DNA of 64,000 nt from Harriotta raleighana (GCA_050575255.1 JBNZDD010013655.1:2575065-2639064); one strand, 5' to 3'; positions 50,992 through 64,000 are shown, numbered from the stretch's first letter. Notes: generated by a model not told the origin, from the sequence alone. A program made the numbers and translations.

Positions 50992-51602
50992 CTATACAAT
51001 TGAGTGCAAAAGTAGGAAATTTATGCTATATTTATACAACAGCTAGGTTAGACCGCAATTGGATCAGAACCTCACATCAGTATGGTGAGGTTCTGATCGC
51101 CATACGACAAGAAGGGTATTGCAGCATTGGAGAGAGTACAGTGTAGATTTATTCGAATGTTACGAGGATAAGTGAATTCAGCTGTCACAGAAGATTGGAC
51201 GGATTGGATTGGACAGCTTTTCTCTCTGGAGATGAGATGGTTGAGTGGAGACACGACAGAGGTGTTATGAAGGTGGATGTTAATAGAGTGTTTCCATATG
51301 TTGGTGAATCTAAAACATGGTGGCATAATATAGGATAGCCAGCAAACAGATCTAAGGGGAGTTTAGGAGAAATAGAATTCTGTACACAGAAGATGGTGAG
51401 AATGCAAAACTCAATTCTGGAAACTATCTTTGAAGCAAAACACAATGTGTTTATGAGGGAAATGTGTTGAATACATATGGGAGAAGCGAATAGAGTGGTA
51501 TAGGTGAGGGCAGTAGGAGAGTTTAAGCTAATGCGGAGTATGAACACTTACACGGACCAAATGGTCTGTTTCTCTGCTGTAACATTCTGTGAAGTTCTAT
51601 GT
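50992..51602 (+). mobile_element. Old CR1 3' fragment
   Basis: AAAAGTAGGAAATTTATGCT...GGTTAGACCGCAATTGGA...GCATTGGAGAGAGTACAGTGTAGATT; 3' GGACCAAATGGTCTGTTTCT. Confidence 0.8.
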
Positions 51603-52534
51603 AATTAAACCATGGGGAGATCATCACAGCTAATCCTGGTCCTCTGCATGTATATACACTTTCCAGCAGGGGACACTGGATATCAATCAAGGAGTGTACC
51701 CACCACAACCCCATCTGAGATCAATTAATAGCACAGTGACTGACCCTGGCATCTTCATTGTCTGAATAACTGCAAATAACAATTTATAATTTTTATTTTG
51801 AACAATGGTCCATTTTCCCACTCATCTAGCAGAGGAGCCTGTATGTTACATTTGATCACATTTTTAAATGTTCACAGTTTAAAAATTCTTAATATAAAGG
51901 ATTATTGCTTTGTTCAATCTTGGGGACTGTATATTCCGAAATTTACTTTGCACTGCCCCACATTATATGCTGGGTTGAATTTGTAGCTCCTCATTATAAT
52001 TAATCTGAGCAGACGCAAAAAGCACATCATGCTCCACACAGCACCAAGGCTGTAGCTGCCTCCCTCACAAGCATAGATCTCCTGTCATTTTTGTTTGGTG
52101 CTGCACTTAAATCCAGCTGCCACACACATCATTTAGGGCACATGAAAACGCAAACAAAATCAAATTATGCGAAGGAAGAAAAAGCATGTCATAAATAGAA
52201 TGATCGTCGGCAAATGCATTGGATGAAAAAACAGGGCCTATCTCTAAATAATGAGAGGTTGAGGAAAATGCTGTGACAGGAGTTTGATATCCTAATCAGA
52301 GGCGTCGGGGTAAGACATAACACAGCCTGGTAAGAATATACTAGCAGGCAAATAATTTAAGGTCTAATTAATCTGCATTGTATTGTAAGGATGGTGGGGG
52401 GGTGTGCGTAGGGTATGGGGTGGGGGAATGGATTATGTTTGGAATAGCTTAGATAGGAGAAGCCTTCTGAAGTTTTATCCACTTGACATGTGGAATGAAA
52501 AAGCAGCTCATCTCCAAAATACATGTGGAGACCT

Positions 52535-52897
52535 ACAGATCAGTGGTTAGAGCACTCCCTCATAAGTGATGAATCAAGGCAACAACAACAACAAAATTGC
52601 ACTTATGTGGCGCATTTCACGTAAGGAGGATGTCCCAGGGCGAAAACCTGGCCAAGTTTCCTTACTCCACATGCCTAATAATAATCCCCCAAGGAAAAAA
52701 TAAATAAAAATTTGGTCACTCAATCCAGGCTGTGTGCAGGACACTCGTGTACAATTGGCTGTCATGTTTTTCCCACAAATACACTTTACAGTATATTCAG
52801 TTTACAGTATATTTACTTTCCAGTATATACTGTGAAGCACCTTGAGACATCAAGAAGATGTGAAAAACGCTGTATCAAATGAACGGATGCTTATTAT
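52535..52897 (+). mobile_element. tRNA-derived SINE containing an antisense tail-only L2 insertion (about 52580-52640)
   Basis: CAGTGGTTAGAGCACT head; CAACAACAACAACAAAATTGCACTTATGTGGCGCATTTCACGTAAGGAGGATGTCCCA insert; SINE resumes CAGGGCGAAA. Confidence 0.82.
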
Positions 52898-54269
52898 TCT
52901 CTTATCTGAATTGAATAATTCATCAGTGAAGTCTTATTCTTCTAGTGATTCAAAATACCAGGGAAGTACATCATTGTAATTAAACTGTGAAAAGCCACTA
53001 ATATGACTCAGAAGATCTGTACAGTTCCCAGTTTTATGTTCTCTCTGCCCTTTATGGAATGGCAGCTCTGCAGAGGCTGTACAGCAAGGTCTTTTAGGTC
53101 CACTGCAAGTTCTTGCTGTAAATGGCATGTCTGTGGTGGTAGTTCTTTGATGCATTATTAATTTCATGAAAGACATCAAATCAAAAAGGAACTGAAGGAA
53201 GTGATTTGCAACAGAGCCACAACATTACATCATTATGCAGCTAATACAACATCGGAAATCAAGATCCTTTGCGGCCAATTTAAAGACAAAGATAGCAGTT
53301 TGAATCTCTTTTGATACCTACTCAGAATGGGGACAAATCTGTACGTATAACTTTGTGAAGCCTCTAAATCACTGTATCTTCACTCTCCTAATTAAAATGC
53401 AGAATAGGGAGAGATAGATAAAGCACAGTTGATCAAGTAGAAAAAAAAGTATATACAGTATTGTGCTTTTTTTTTTACAAAAAAGTAGTTTTTATTTCAC
53501 TGCCATCAGCAACTGTGCAATTATTATCAAAGGCACTTTTATTTTATTCTCTCTGCCATGGTTTTTGCTAAACATTAACATTTCAGAAAAGCAAAGATCA
53601 CACATGTGGATAGAATCATTTCAAATGATCCAAAATGCAGTGAGCTCCCTTTGAAGCTGGTGCTGCTAAGCAGTTTTCATTGGATTTTAAGCACCTTTAT
53701 CCTGCAATTAGTGGTGTTCCATGCATCATTTTTCTGAGAATTATTTTGTTCATGTAACTATCAGGGGAAACAATCTACAAACACTACAACATTTTTTGTC
53801 TCTTTACAGCTTTGTCTCCTACCTCCCGGCCTTTCCTCATCCCAAACATGCCCCCCTGCCCACCCTTCACCCCCTCCACCAGCTTAGGTCCCAACCCCTG
53901 ACTCTTCAGTGCCTTGAGACGTTCTCCCAATATGACAGCTGCTCTACAAATATAATTTTGTTGTTGTTGCGTTATTGAAGGTTAACTCAACAGTGGGGCC
54001 TGACCCTGACAGGTGGCAGGAAATGCTACGGTGCAAACCACTCAGGGCGCAATAAATGGTCTGAACTAAATGGAAAGTTATAGAAGGGCACTCGACATGT
54101 AAGCAAAGAGCATCCCGTAAATGTATTGGACTTCAAGAGGGAGCTAGACAAATACATAATTTATTCTTATCCAACTCTTAATGCATGTTGGGATTTAGCA
54201 ACTTCACAACTTAAATAATACAATGGTTGATATGTTCATATAGGAATGATATGATTCTCCGCATCCTGA

Positions 54270-56045
54270 AGGCTCAGTGCGTGACCCTGAACACACCTGG
54301 CTCAAATCAAAATTAACCGTCCATCGGCTGATCTGACTGCAATTTTTACCACTCCAGCCTCATCTCTGCTAAATCGTCCTTCTACTCCAAGACTATTTTA
54401 GAAGCCAAGGACAATCCCAGGCTACCCTTCTCTATCACCAACTGGCTCCTCCACTCACCCTCTCACAATTCATCTATCCTCTCCTCCAAAGCCAACTGCT
54501 AGGAAATGCTGGATTTTGGTGAAAGTAAAGTTGAGGAGATCTGCCCGGCTGCCTAGGACCCATCCCTACTCTCAAACTAGCAACCTCCTTTTCCTTTCCA
54601 AGGTCCTGGAAGGAATCATTGCTTCCCAGCTTCGCTCCTTCCTCTCATGTCATTCCTTTCAACAACCTCCCCAATCTTGCTTCTGTGCCGCTCATAGCAC
54701 AGAAACATTTTAGATCTAAGTGACAAACAACGTTTTATCCATCTGTGATCAGGGCTCCCTCTGCCTCCTCATCCTCCTTGACCTCTCTGCTACCTTCGAC
54801 ACTGTCGACCACTGTTTCCTCCTGCACTAGCTCTCCTCTCACCTTAACTTTCATGGATCTGTCCTTGAATGTTTCAGATCACACCTTCTCCACTTCATCA
54901 CCACAAATGGCTTCTCCTAGAGCCTCCACATCATCTCGTGCAAGGTTCCTCAGAGCTCCATCCTTGGTCCCCTCCTTTGCAATATCTATATGCTCTTGGT
55001 CATATGATCCACAGACATTGGATCAATTTCTACATGTTTGCTGCCAACCTCAAGTCCAGGACCACAGTTATTCTGACAGAATGTCTGGCAGTCATCAAAT
55101 CCTGGATGAGAGCTAACTTTCTTCAGTTTAATATCAATAAGATTGAGGCCTTCATGATTGGCTCCCATCAGCTCCTCCCCACGTCAGACACCAACAGTAT
55201 CAGCAACAAAGGATGCACACTCCCATCACACTCACAGAGCCAGTCCACAATCTTGGCATCTTGTTTGACCCTCAACTATCCTTTCTACCCCACATCTGTG
55301 GCATGTCATGCTCTGCCTTTCCTCACCTCCACAACATTGCCCAGCTCTCATACCACAGGCTGCCAAGACCATATATATGCATTCATAACATCTAGGCTCG
55401 ATGATGCAAACTCCCTGCTTGCCAGCCTTCCTAACCCCTCCCTCCATAGGCTTCACATCATCCGAAACTCTGCAGCCAGTGTCTTCTCCCTTACCAGGCT
55501 AAGCAACCCTATCAACAATAACAATGTGCAATTATATAGCTCTCTCCACACAGAGTAGTATCTCAGAAAGTTTAATAGTGGCTGAGGTTGCAGCGGCTGG
55601 TGGGGTGAATGTCGTGGTGGGGAAGAGGTCATAAGCATACTTATGGTCAAAGGGAATTAATTTCAGATGGGACTCAAAAAGGGGAGAGGGCGGACAAGAT
55701 GGAAAATTTTCCAGAGTTTTGGGGCGTAGTGGCTATCACCCATTCTTGCCCGACTCCACTGGCTTCCAATCAAATAGAGGATACAATTCAAGATCCTGGT
55801 ACTCACTTTCAAAGCTCTTCATGGGCTTGCTTCTCCCCTACCTCTGTGAACTCCTAACAACCAGCCCATTCCCTCCACTCACATTCCCCCTCCTCACGCA
55901 CTCCACAATTAGAAAGGAGGCCTTCTGCCATTCCGCCCTCACCCTGCGGAACTCCATCCTGCAATACCTCCGCTGTGCCCCCTCCCTTGCTTCCATCAAT
56001 ACCCATCTCAAGATCCTCCTCTTTGACCTTGCTTCAGCCACAATC
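54270..56045 (+). mobile_element. L2 LINE, decayed, extending 5' of the RT core
   Basis: SNLLFLSKVLEGIIASQL...AHSTET, CLAVIKSWMRANFLQFNINKIEA, AFITSRLDDANSLL. Confidence 0.88.
55512..55735 (-). mobile_element. Short L2 3' fragment nested antisense in the 54270 L2
   Basis: CAACAATAACAAT tail then purine-rich 3' region; host resumes CTATCACCCATTCTTGCCCGACTCCACTGG. Confidence 0.7.
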
Positions 56046-56379
56046 ATGTGAAGCTCTCCTAGACACTAATAAAAATTTATATAGCTCCGTTCACATTGGG
56101 AGGATGTAAAGCACGCTATATTAATGAAAGTTGTTCTTGTAACTGAAGCTGTGATGTTCCTCAATGTCTGACACCTTGGTTTCCTTTATTTGGCAGAAAA
56201 TGTCAGTTTCATGTTTCCAGAAACGGCGTGCCTCAGTTAGTCATGTTGTTCATACAATTGAGCATCTACCATCAGCAATCTGTGAAAAGTAAAAAAAAAA
56301 GTTTAAAAGGGTAAAACCATTGATAGAGCAGTCCACCAGTGAATCATGACAAATAATTTAAAAGAGCACCATTATTTTC

Positions 56380-57017
56380 CAAGGACAGGTAGACAAAGCC
56401 ATTAAGAAGACATATGGGATACTAGGCTTTATAAATAGGGGTATAGAATACAAAAGTCAGGAAGTGCTGATTAACCTTTATAAGACTTTGGTTAGGCATC
56501 AGCTGGAGTACTGTGTACAATTCTAGTCACCACACTTTAGGAAGGACATTAAGGCATTGGAAAGGGTACAGAGGAGATTTACTAGGATGGTACCAGGAGT
56601 GAGGGACTTCAGCTACGAGGAAACGCTAGATAGACTAGGCTTATTCTCTCTAGAACAAAGATTGAGAGGAGACCTAATAGAGGTTTATAAGGTTTATGAG
56701 AGGTTTCGACAAGGTGAATAGGGAAAGACTGTTTCCACTGGTGGGCGAATCAGTGACTAGTTTCAAAACGAAGCAGAGGGGAGCTGAGGAGAATTTTTTT
56801 CACTCAGCGGGTTGTTCGAATATGGAATGCATTGCCTAAAAAAGTGGTGGAGGCAGATTCCATAACAGCTTTTAAAAGGGAACTTAGGAAGAGCAGGTCT
56901 GTTAGGTTATGGGGAGAAAGCTGGGCAATGAGATTGAGTTGCTCTGTTCAAAGAGCCGGCGCAGACTAGATGGGCCAAATGGCCTCCTTTTGTGCCGTAT
57001 AATTCTATGATTCTATG
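56380..57017 (+). mobile_element. CR1 LINE 3' portion
   Basis: Colinear with 61600-62277; ends ATTCTATGATTCTATG. Confidence 0.92.
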
Positions 57018-57114
57018 AAAATGTTGGAAAATAAAACTTGGCTTTTAACAATGTCGACTGGAACAGTATTCTTTTCCAAGCTGTGAAAAATATCAAATTT
57101 GTTGAAAAGAGTCT

Positions 57115-57845
57115 TGATCCGTCCTCAACTGTCCTTTCTCTCCCACATCTGTGCCATGATCTCCTCTGCCTTCCCCACCTCCTCAACATTGCCTGACTCC
57201 TCCACTGCCTCAGCCCTCAGGCTGTCAAAACCCTCATACATGCTTTCATTACCACCAGGCTCGACTGTGCGAACGCCATGCTTGTCCGCCTTCCCATCTC
57301 TTTCCTCCACAAGCTACAGATCATCCAGGATTCCATGTACCTCATGTCCTCTCCCATCACATCCACCCACACCTGGCTTTCTCATCCCTCAGAGGTTCGT
57401 TCAAAATTATTGTCCTCACCTTCAAGGCCCTCCACAGCCTTGCCCCCTTCTACCTTTCCAACCTGATGACCCCTTATCAAACTATCTGCTCCCTCCATTT
57501 CGCAGTCTCCAGCCTGCTCCATATCCCCCGCGTGGCCTGCCCCACCATCAGTGGTTAGGCCTTCAGCCTCTGCCCCACTTCCTCTGAAACTCCATCCCAC
57601 ATTTCCTTCATCTGTCTCCCTCCCTTGCCTCTTTTAGTGCATGCTTTGGCCACATTCCTACTGTTCAGCGCCTTGGGACGTCCTCCTGACATGATAAGTG
57701 CTATACAAGTGTCATTTTGTTGTTGTTGTTCACGCTCACCAGATCCCAATTCCCCTCTCGCTCGTGTCCTAAACCCTGAATGTCCAACACTTGGGACATA
57801 CTCCTGACGTGAAGACGATTTACTAATGTAATTTTCTATTGTATT
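57115..57845 (+). mobile_element. L2 3' fragment, tail type A, plus a second degraded tail
   Basis: CAGCGCCTTGGGACGTCCTCCTGACATGATAAGTGCTATACAAGTGTCATTT(TGT)n at 57665-57730. Confidence 0.85.
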
Positions 57846-58214
57846 GCATCCTCCATATCCTCTTTCCACTTTCCTCTCTTTTGCTCTCTCACATGCACAC
57901 ACACACACCTTTTTTCTCCATATCTGCTTCTCGCACACAAAATGCATGACAGAAGTAATCCATCAAGTGTTAAGTAACCTGTGTTGCCATGTTTTACACT
58001 TTCTTGGGTAATATTTTACTCTGCAGAGAAGTGAAAAATTATTAATCGGTACTATAATTCTGAAATAAATCTCCTGCAATTATTTCTAAAGACTTTCTCT
58101 TCTAAAGGCACTGCTGGAGTATGTTCTATGAACATTAATTATGCTTCGGTACCTCTTCTAAATGCACATTCTTCACATTTGAGCTCAAAGAGTGAATGGG
58201 CACCATCCGGAGCT

Positions 58215-58435
58215 TCACAAGGCAGATCAAGTTGCTCTCAGCCAACATATAACATACAAACAGAATGCACAGCAGGGATCACTGGATAATGATAAAGAGT
58301 GGGAACCCTAGCTGTTTTTGTTTCTTCCCAACCTAGAGCTGAGACCAATTGAAGTGCCCCCTACTGGCACACCAAATGAGATTACTGAACTCTACACACA
58401 GTAGTTGACAGTAGTTTATTAACTGAGTCTTCTGG
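58215..58435 (-). repeat. Ancient interspersed repeat, probably SINE-like; related copy at about 51612-51770
   Basis: Both share CAGCAGGG...CACTGGATA...GAGTG and TGAGAT.A...AA; family and strand are tentative. Confidence 0.45.
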
Positions 58436-58557
58436 AAGCTCCTCCATAACTGCTGCCTAGAACCATATGTTTGAGCTCCCATCCACTTTATGTCTAGTAT
58501 ATGCCCTTTTCCTGCCTACAATTCTAATGTCAGTAACCTCTGATTTCTATACTCTGC

Positions 58558-58920
58558 CATGTATCTCAGTGGTTAGAGCACTCACAAACAGGAGGGCCTG
58601 GAGTTGATTCCTGGATAGATCAGGTCAAGGGAAACTTAGGCAAGTTTCCTTACCCCACACATATACATACGCCTCTGTTTTGGATTAAGTAGGAACCCAG
58701 TTGTTAATCGATTGGTGGATCACTTTCTGGGGGTAATAATCCCTTCAAAAAAATAATAATTTGATCACTCAAACCACAATGTTTGTGGAACACTTGTGCA
58801 CGATTGGTTGCCACGTTTCACTCACAAAATACAGTCACTACACTTTACAATGTATCTTGTGAAGTACTTTAAGATATCTTAAATCATCTACAGTATATCA
58901 AAAGCAATAATTATTATTGT
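58558..58920 (+). mobile_element. tRNA-derived SINE, long variant
   Basis: CTCAGTGGTTAGAGCACTC head, GGCAAGTTTCCTTAC, internal GGAACCCAG...GATCACTTTC segment, ATT tail. Confidence 0.8.
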
Positions 58921-59464
58921 TTTATCATTCTTCATATCACCAAAACAGCTTGTCTCTTTGATATTTTACAACTTTAGAAGATCCTGTTTTCATGCATCCA
59001 TTCTCCTCCCATCAAGTACAACTTCAGCTCCACTCCCTGCTCTTGGATGAAACATGGATTACCTGGTAGGGATGAAGCAGCAGGGATTTTAACATTATAA
59101 CAAATGAGTAAATGATAGAAACTGTTGGCAGATTGTAAAATACTAAATCATGCGCCTTGCTCCTATGCAGTGATCTCTGGTTTGTACATCATTCAAAGCA
59201 TTAACTTAGAGAAAGTATTTGTCATGCCAGTGATTATTTAATGCAGGTGAACATTAATTCTTCTCAATGCTGTAAGATTTTAAACATACAGAATATAGTT
59301 AGGATCTAAGTTGTAGGATATCAGTTTTCTTAATAAATAATGTGCAATGATCACATTTCTCAAGCATTGAAAGCGCTGATCAATCTAACAATTCAAGAAT
59401 CATACATTTCTTATTATATATATAATATACAGAATACAACAACGTTCCAAAGTAGCGAATAGAG

Positions 59465-59912
59465 CAGGATGGGAGGAGTTTGGGTAGGGAGAAGAAAAGA
59501 GGGAAGAGAGGGAGGAAAAGAGGTAGGGATCAGACCAGGAGTGGAGGGGTCATGGTAGTGGGAAGGAAAGTAGGAAAATTTACTGTATATTTGTGGGCGA
59601 AACACGGCAGCCAAATTGTGCATAGCAGTGTCCCACAAACAGTCGTGGAAGTGGGGTTAGGGGAAAAAGGGGGAAAAGAGGGTAAGGGGAAGGGTCGGGG
59701 TAGAGGGAAGGAGAACAGGAAAACCGACTATATATTTGTGGGCAAAACGCGGCAGCCAAATTGCGCACAGCAGTTTCCCACTACTAGTCGCGGAAGTGGG
59801 GCCAGGTGAGAAAGGGGGAAAAGAGGGTAATGGGGGAGAGGAAGGGAAAGGTGGGGTAAAATCAGGGAGGAAAAGGGGGTAGAAAGTGGTGAAAGGGGGG
59901 AGAGGGAGCGAA
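59465..59912 (-). repeat. About 145-bp tandem unit made of a SINE body fragment and a G/A-rich spacer
   Basis: ATATTTGTGGGC...CGGCAGCCAAATTG...GGAAGTGGGG at 59587 and 59732; similar purine-rich spacers before, between and after. Confidence 0.7.
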
Positions 59913-60881
59913 AGGTGCATTTATTTGCATTTATGTAGATAGCATCCTTCATTTAGGGTAGCGTCTCAGAGTGTGTAAATGCTCCATTTACAAAGAAAAT
60001 AAATTACATCCCAAATAAATAATTAAATAAAGCATCATAGCACCCTTTATTGACACATTATTTTTGATATGATTACTTTTGGCTGTAAAACTATATAAGG
60101 CTGACTTTCAGAACCATTTAAAATCAAACAAAACTGATTGAGGTCAGGAATTGATAGAACTTAATCCAAAGACAATCAACAAGCGGTAAGTGAACAAAAA
60201 CATTTGCTGAAAGTAGGTTCAAATTCCAAAGTGACAACTATAAATGCTAAATTTCTTACAAGGATTTATTCTTGTCACATGCTATCATCTTGTGTTTTGA
60301 ATCATGCCTACAATATTGGTTCTAATTGTCAGGGTCAACCAGATGTACATGTATAACTATACGAGTAAAAATTCAGTAAGTTGTTGATAAGTTATTGGAA
60401 TCAGACCTCCAGGACCAGGTAAGGCTTGAAATAGAATTTGGATGGGATGTCAAACATTGAATTATTATTTAATGCATATACTACAGAGACCACTTATGGA
60501 TAACATAATAACTAATTTACCTGTTGCTCTTGAAGAATTATAAAAATTGCTTCCCATGGGATTTTAGGATCTGGGGAGACTGAGATCTTTCAGAGTTATT
60601 GGAAGGTTATTATTATACTTCAATAATATGTGTACCTAAAATGTGGCTTTGTTGGCAGAAAAAAACATTGATTGAAGACATTCTTGATGTTGGGCATATA
60701 CTATATAATATGAATTACACATAAGAATTTAGGACTGGGGATGCTACCAACACAAACCATTACGTATGTGACAATCCTACCGCTAAATGCAGTATTCACT
60801 GATTTACAAGGGTAATTCAGAATAAATATACATAATAATAAATAACGGAACACATGAGCAAAGATCTCAATTTAATAATAC

Positions 60882-62365
60882 TAATAATAATCCTTGCATT
60901 TGATATAATACTTTTCACATCTTCTAGGTGTTGCCAGAGTCTAATGTGCATTGGCTGTATATTCGCAGGTGAAATGCTATAGCCAATTGCACACAATAGT
61001 ATTCCACAAATAGTCGTGGATTGAAGTGAACAATTTGTTTATGGTGGATTATTGTCTCCGGAAAAATGATCTGCCAATTAACTACAATCGGGTTGCTACT
61101 TAATACTAGGTAAACAGAGGGGTCTTTGGTAACTAAAAAAATTAGAGGCCCACGGTATCAAGGGGACAGTGGCAGTTTGGATTAAGAACTGGCTGAGTGA
61201 CAGAAAGCAGAGGGTGGTGGTTCATGGATGTTTCTCGAAATGGAAGGAGATGTGCAGCGGTGTCCCCCAGGGATCGGTATTGGGACCCCTGCTCTTTCTA
61301 GTATATATTAATGATCTGGACTTGGGCATAGAGAGCACTATTTCCAAGTTTGCAGATGATACAAAGTTAGGTAGAGTAGTAAATAGTGAGGAGGACTGTA
61401 ACCAACTGCAAGCAGACATACACAGAATGGTGGCATGGGCTGACATGTGGCAGATGGATTTCAATGTGGATAAGTGTGAGGTCATACACTTAGGTAGGAA
61501 AAATGATAGGAGGCAATATAGTCTTGGTAGCTCAATCTTAAGGGGGGTGAACGTACAGAGAGATCTGGGTGTTCAAGTAAGCAAATCATTAAAGGTAGCA
61601 GGACAGTTAGATAAGGCAGTAAAAAAGGCATTTAGTGTGCTGAGCTTTATTAGTAGGGGCATAGAGTTTAAGAGTAGAGAAGTTATGGTTAATTTATACA
61701 AAACACTGGTTAGGCCTCAGCTGAATTACTGCATCCAGTTCTTGGCACCTTACTTCAGGAAGGACATTAAGGCACTGGAAAGGGTGCAGAGGAGATTCAC
61801 AAGAATGATTCTAGAAATGGGGAACCTTAGCTATGAGGACAGGCTGGAGAAGTTAGGACTTTTCTCATTAGAGCAGAGAAGATTACGCAGGGACCTGATA
61901 GAGGTCTTCAAGATCATGAAAGGTTTTGATAGGCTAGATAGGAAAAAGCTGTTTCCGCTGGTAGGTTTGTCTGTGATCCGAGGTCACAGTCTTAAGATAT
62001 CTACCAAAAGAAGCAGAGGGGAGGTTAGAAGACATTTTTTCACTGTTTGAATTTGGAATGATCTGCCTGAAAGGGTAGTGAGGTCTGATTCGATAGCAGC
62101 TTTTAAGAGAGAACTGGATAGGTATCTGGGGAAGACGGGTTTGCAGGGTTGTAGGGAGAAAGCTGGTGATTGGGGTTAATAAAAGTGATATTGCTCTGTC
62201 AAAGAGCCAGCACAGACTCGATGGGCCGAATGGCCTCCTTCTGTGCCGTAACCTTCTATGATTCTATGATTCTATGAAATTTGTCCAATATTTAGCCCTT
62301 CCGGCATAAAACCCAGATCTTGCAATTCCAAGGCTATAATCCTCTCACCACTGAGTTACAGGATT
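60882..62365 (-). mobile_element. Long-variant tRNA SINE split by the CR1 insertion (parts 60882-61125 and 62277-62365)
   Basis: Tail and body left of the CR1; head remnant AAATTTGTCCAA...CTCTCACCACTGAGTTACAGGA right of it. Confidence 0.7.
61133..62277 (+). mobile_element. Relatively young 5'-truncated CR1 LINE with RT C-terminal half
   Basis: ORF 61169-62050: GVPQGSVLGPLLFLVYINDL, SKFADDTKL, FNVDKCEVIHLG, LYKTLVRPQL; (ATTCTATG)n tail. Confidence 0.96.
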
Positions 62366-63917
62366 CTGCTAATGCAGTAAAGACCCAATTTTAAGTTTAC
62401 AGCTGCACAATTGACAAGTATGCTTATTAATGCTATATGAGATGACTGCTTAAAGCAATATTTTTATTGACTAAATTAAGTTCACATGATCAAAGGTTGT
62501 GCTGAGCCAAGATATTGTTTTAGCACCTGAAGGAAGAAATTAATGTAAATAGTTGCAAAGTGGGAAGGATTGTGTCAGCATTTTATTTATTTTGAAGTCA
62601 CTACAACCACCTAATTGATGAATCTAGCTAAATAGGGGGACTTTTTGAATTTTCAATTTGATAGCAAAATCCCCTCTAGTGACCCGTTGAAATAATTTTC
62701 AGAAATTTCCCTAACTGAACCATGTGATACTGCATCTAATATAAAACGCATAGATAATAGATATGCTTATTCTGATAGCATTTTCTTTTCCTTAGTATTA
62801 AGCAAACTCTTTCCTTTATTTCCAAAAGGTTGCTTGCTGCTTTTCATAATAAAACCTACAAAAAAAAATACAATAGTAAGACATGCACAAAATCATGTAC
62901 AGTTCTTAGAAATATTTAAATTATTTTATATGAGCGAAACCAAATGCAGGTATTATTATTAATACTGTGGTGTAATGACTTTTTTTCATCTACTCTATTC
63001 GTGTTCAGCACAATAGCTGGTTTTGAGATATTAGGTGCTATCATCATAAATTCTTGCAAATTATCCAAGTTTACATCCATGCCCATAACAAAAGGGAGAG
63101 GCAAGTGTCATTTAGATCAACATCTAGGTGTCAGTGGGAGAAGCCATTGTCCACTTGCACCTTCTTTTCCCCTGCAAACCCTGCCCCTTCACCATCAAAA
63201 GACCCACTCGATATACTTCACATCAAGAGTCAGCTGCACCTAGCTCACAGCCAGTGTTTGACTTAGAGACCAAATAGACTAGAACTGCAATAGAACTGAT
63301 GAATGGATTAAGATCAGTAATTATTCATTGTGCATGGCATAACCTTCAGGTTACAAACACAGGTCATCGAAACATTGGAACCTCAATGTAAAATTTGCAA
63401 ATTGCCACTTCCAATTAGTACTTGAGATTGCATATTCATTGCAAATAATTGAAAAAAATACAGCACGCTCGGTTCAATGGCTGTCTTGCAGCTTATTCTG
63501 GCGGTTTCTAGGCTTTGTGTACCACAGAGGTATGGATCATATATGTACATAATGGGAATGGTGAGATATGGTGGGAAATTTATCTGTTGGATAATTGATT
63601 ACAGATTGTAGTAAGTTTTCTTTGTTGCCATATCCCTTAGATTGCTGAGGAACCTTATCTCTGGATGTGGAAAAAAGCACAGGAAATACAGTGCGGAAAA
63701 TGTAATAGAAAATGTAAACTACAGTAACAACATTAACCTAATCAGCCCTCCCTGTAAGACTAGTGTGAATATGCTATGGGACTTATATCTCTTTTTTAAC
63801 TTCCACCTGAAGACTTTTCTTCAATAACAGTTCACTTCTGTAACTAAAAGGTGCAGCTGACGCTTGTATGCGAGAGACGTCGAATGGGTCTATTGATGGT
63901 CAAATAATAGAGTTTTA

Positions 63918-64000
63918 GAACCATAGAAATTTATGGCACAGATGAAGGCCATTCAGCCATCATGTCTGTGTGGCTCTCTCAAGAGGAATCCTTTCTATCC
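63918..64000 (-). mobile_element. CR1 3' end running off the window
   Basis: CATAGAAATTTATGGCACAGATGAAGGCCATTCAGCCATCATGTCTGTG matches 16210-16275. Confidence 0.8.

Overview
Vertebrate nuclear DNA, AT-rich and CpG-poor, most likely a large intron or intergenic interval. The repeat set points to a cartilaginous fish, probably a holocephalan; this is inferred from remembered repeat families, not from a search. Much of the window is decayed retrotransposon: 5'-truncated L2 LINEs with two distinguishable 3'-tail types ending in (TTG)n, CR1 LINEs ending in (ATTCTATG)n, a young tRNA-derived SINE with an (ATT)n tail, and older Deu-domain SINEs. There is also a pogo/Tigger-like MITE with a TA duplication nested in a CR1, and a decayed 28S rRNA fragment at 27595-27776 (minus strand). 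No complete protein-coding gene is visible. The only long meaningful ORF is a CR1 reverse transcriptase fragment (61169-62050). The best host-gene candidates are a possible first coding exon at 28205-28334 and a 36-nt microexon-like segment at 7989-8024; I cannot name the gene for either. Most tandem duplications flank a single N and are probably scaffolding or haplotype artefacts. I found no convincing evidence of a new biological system; the findings are leads, not discoveries.
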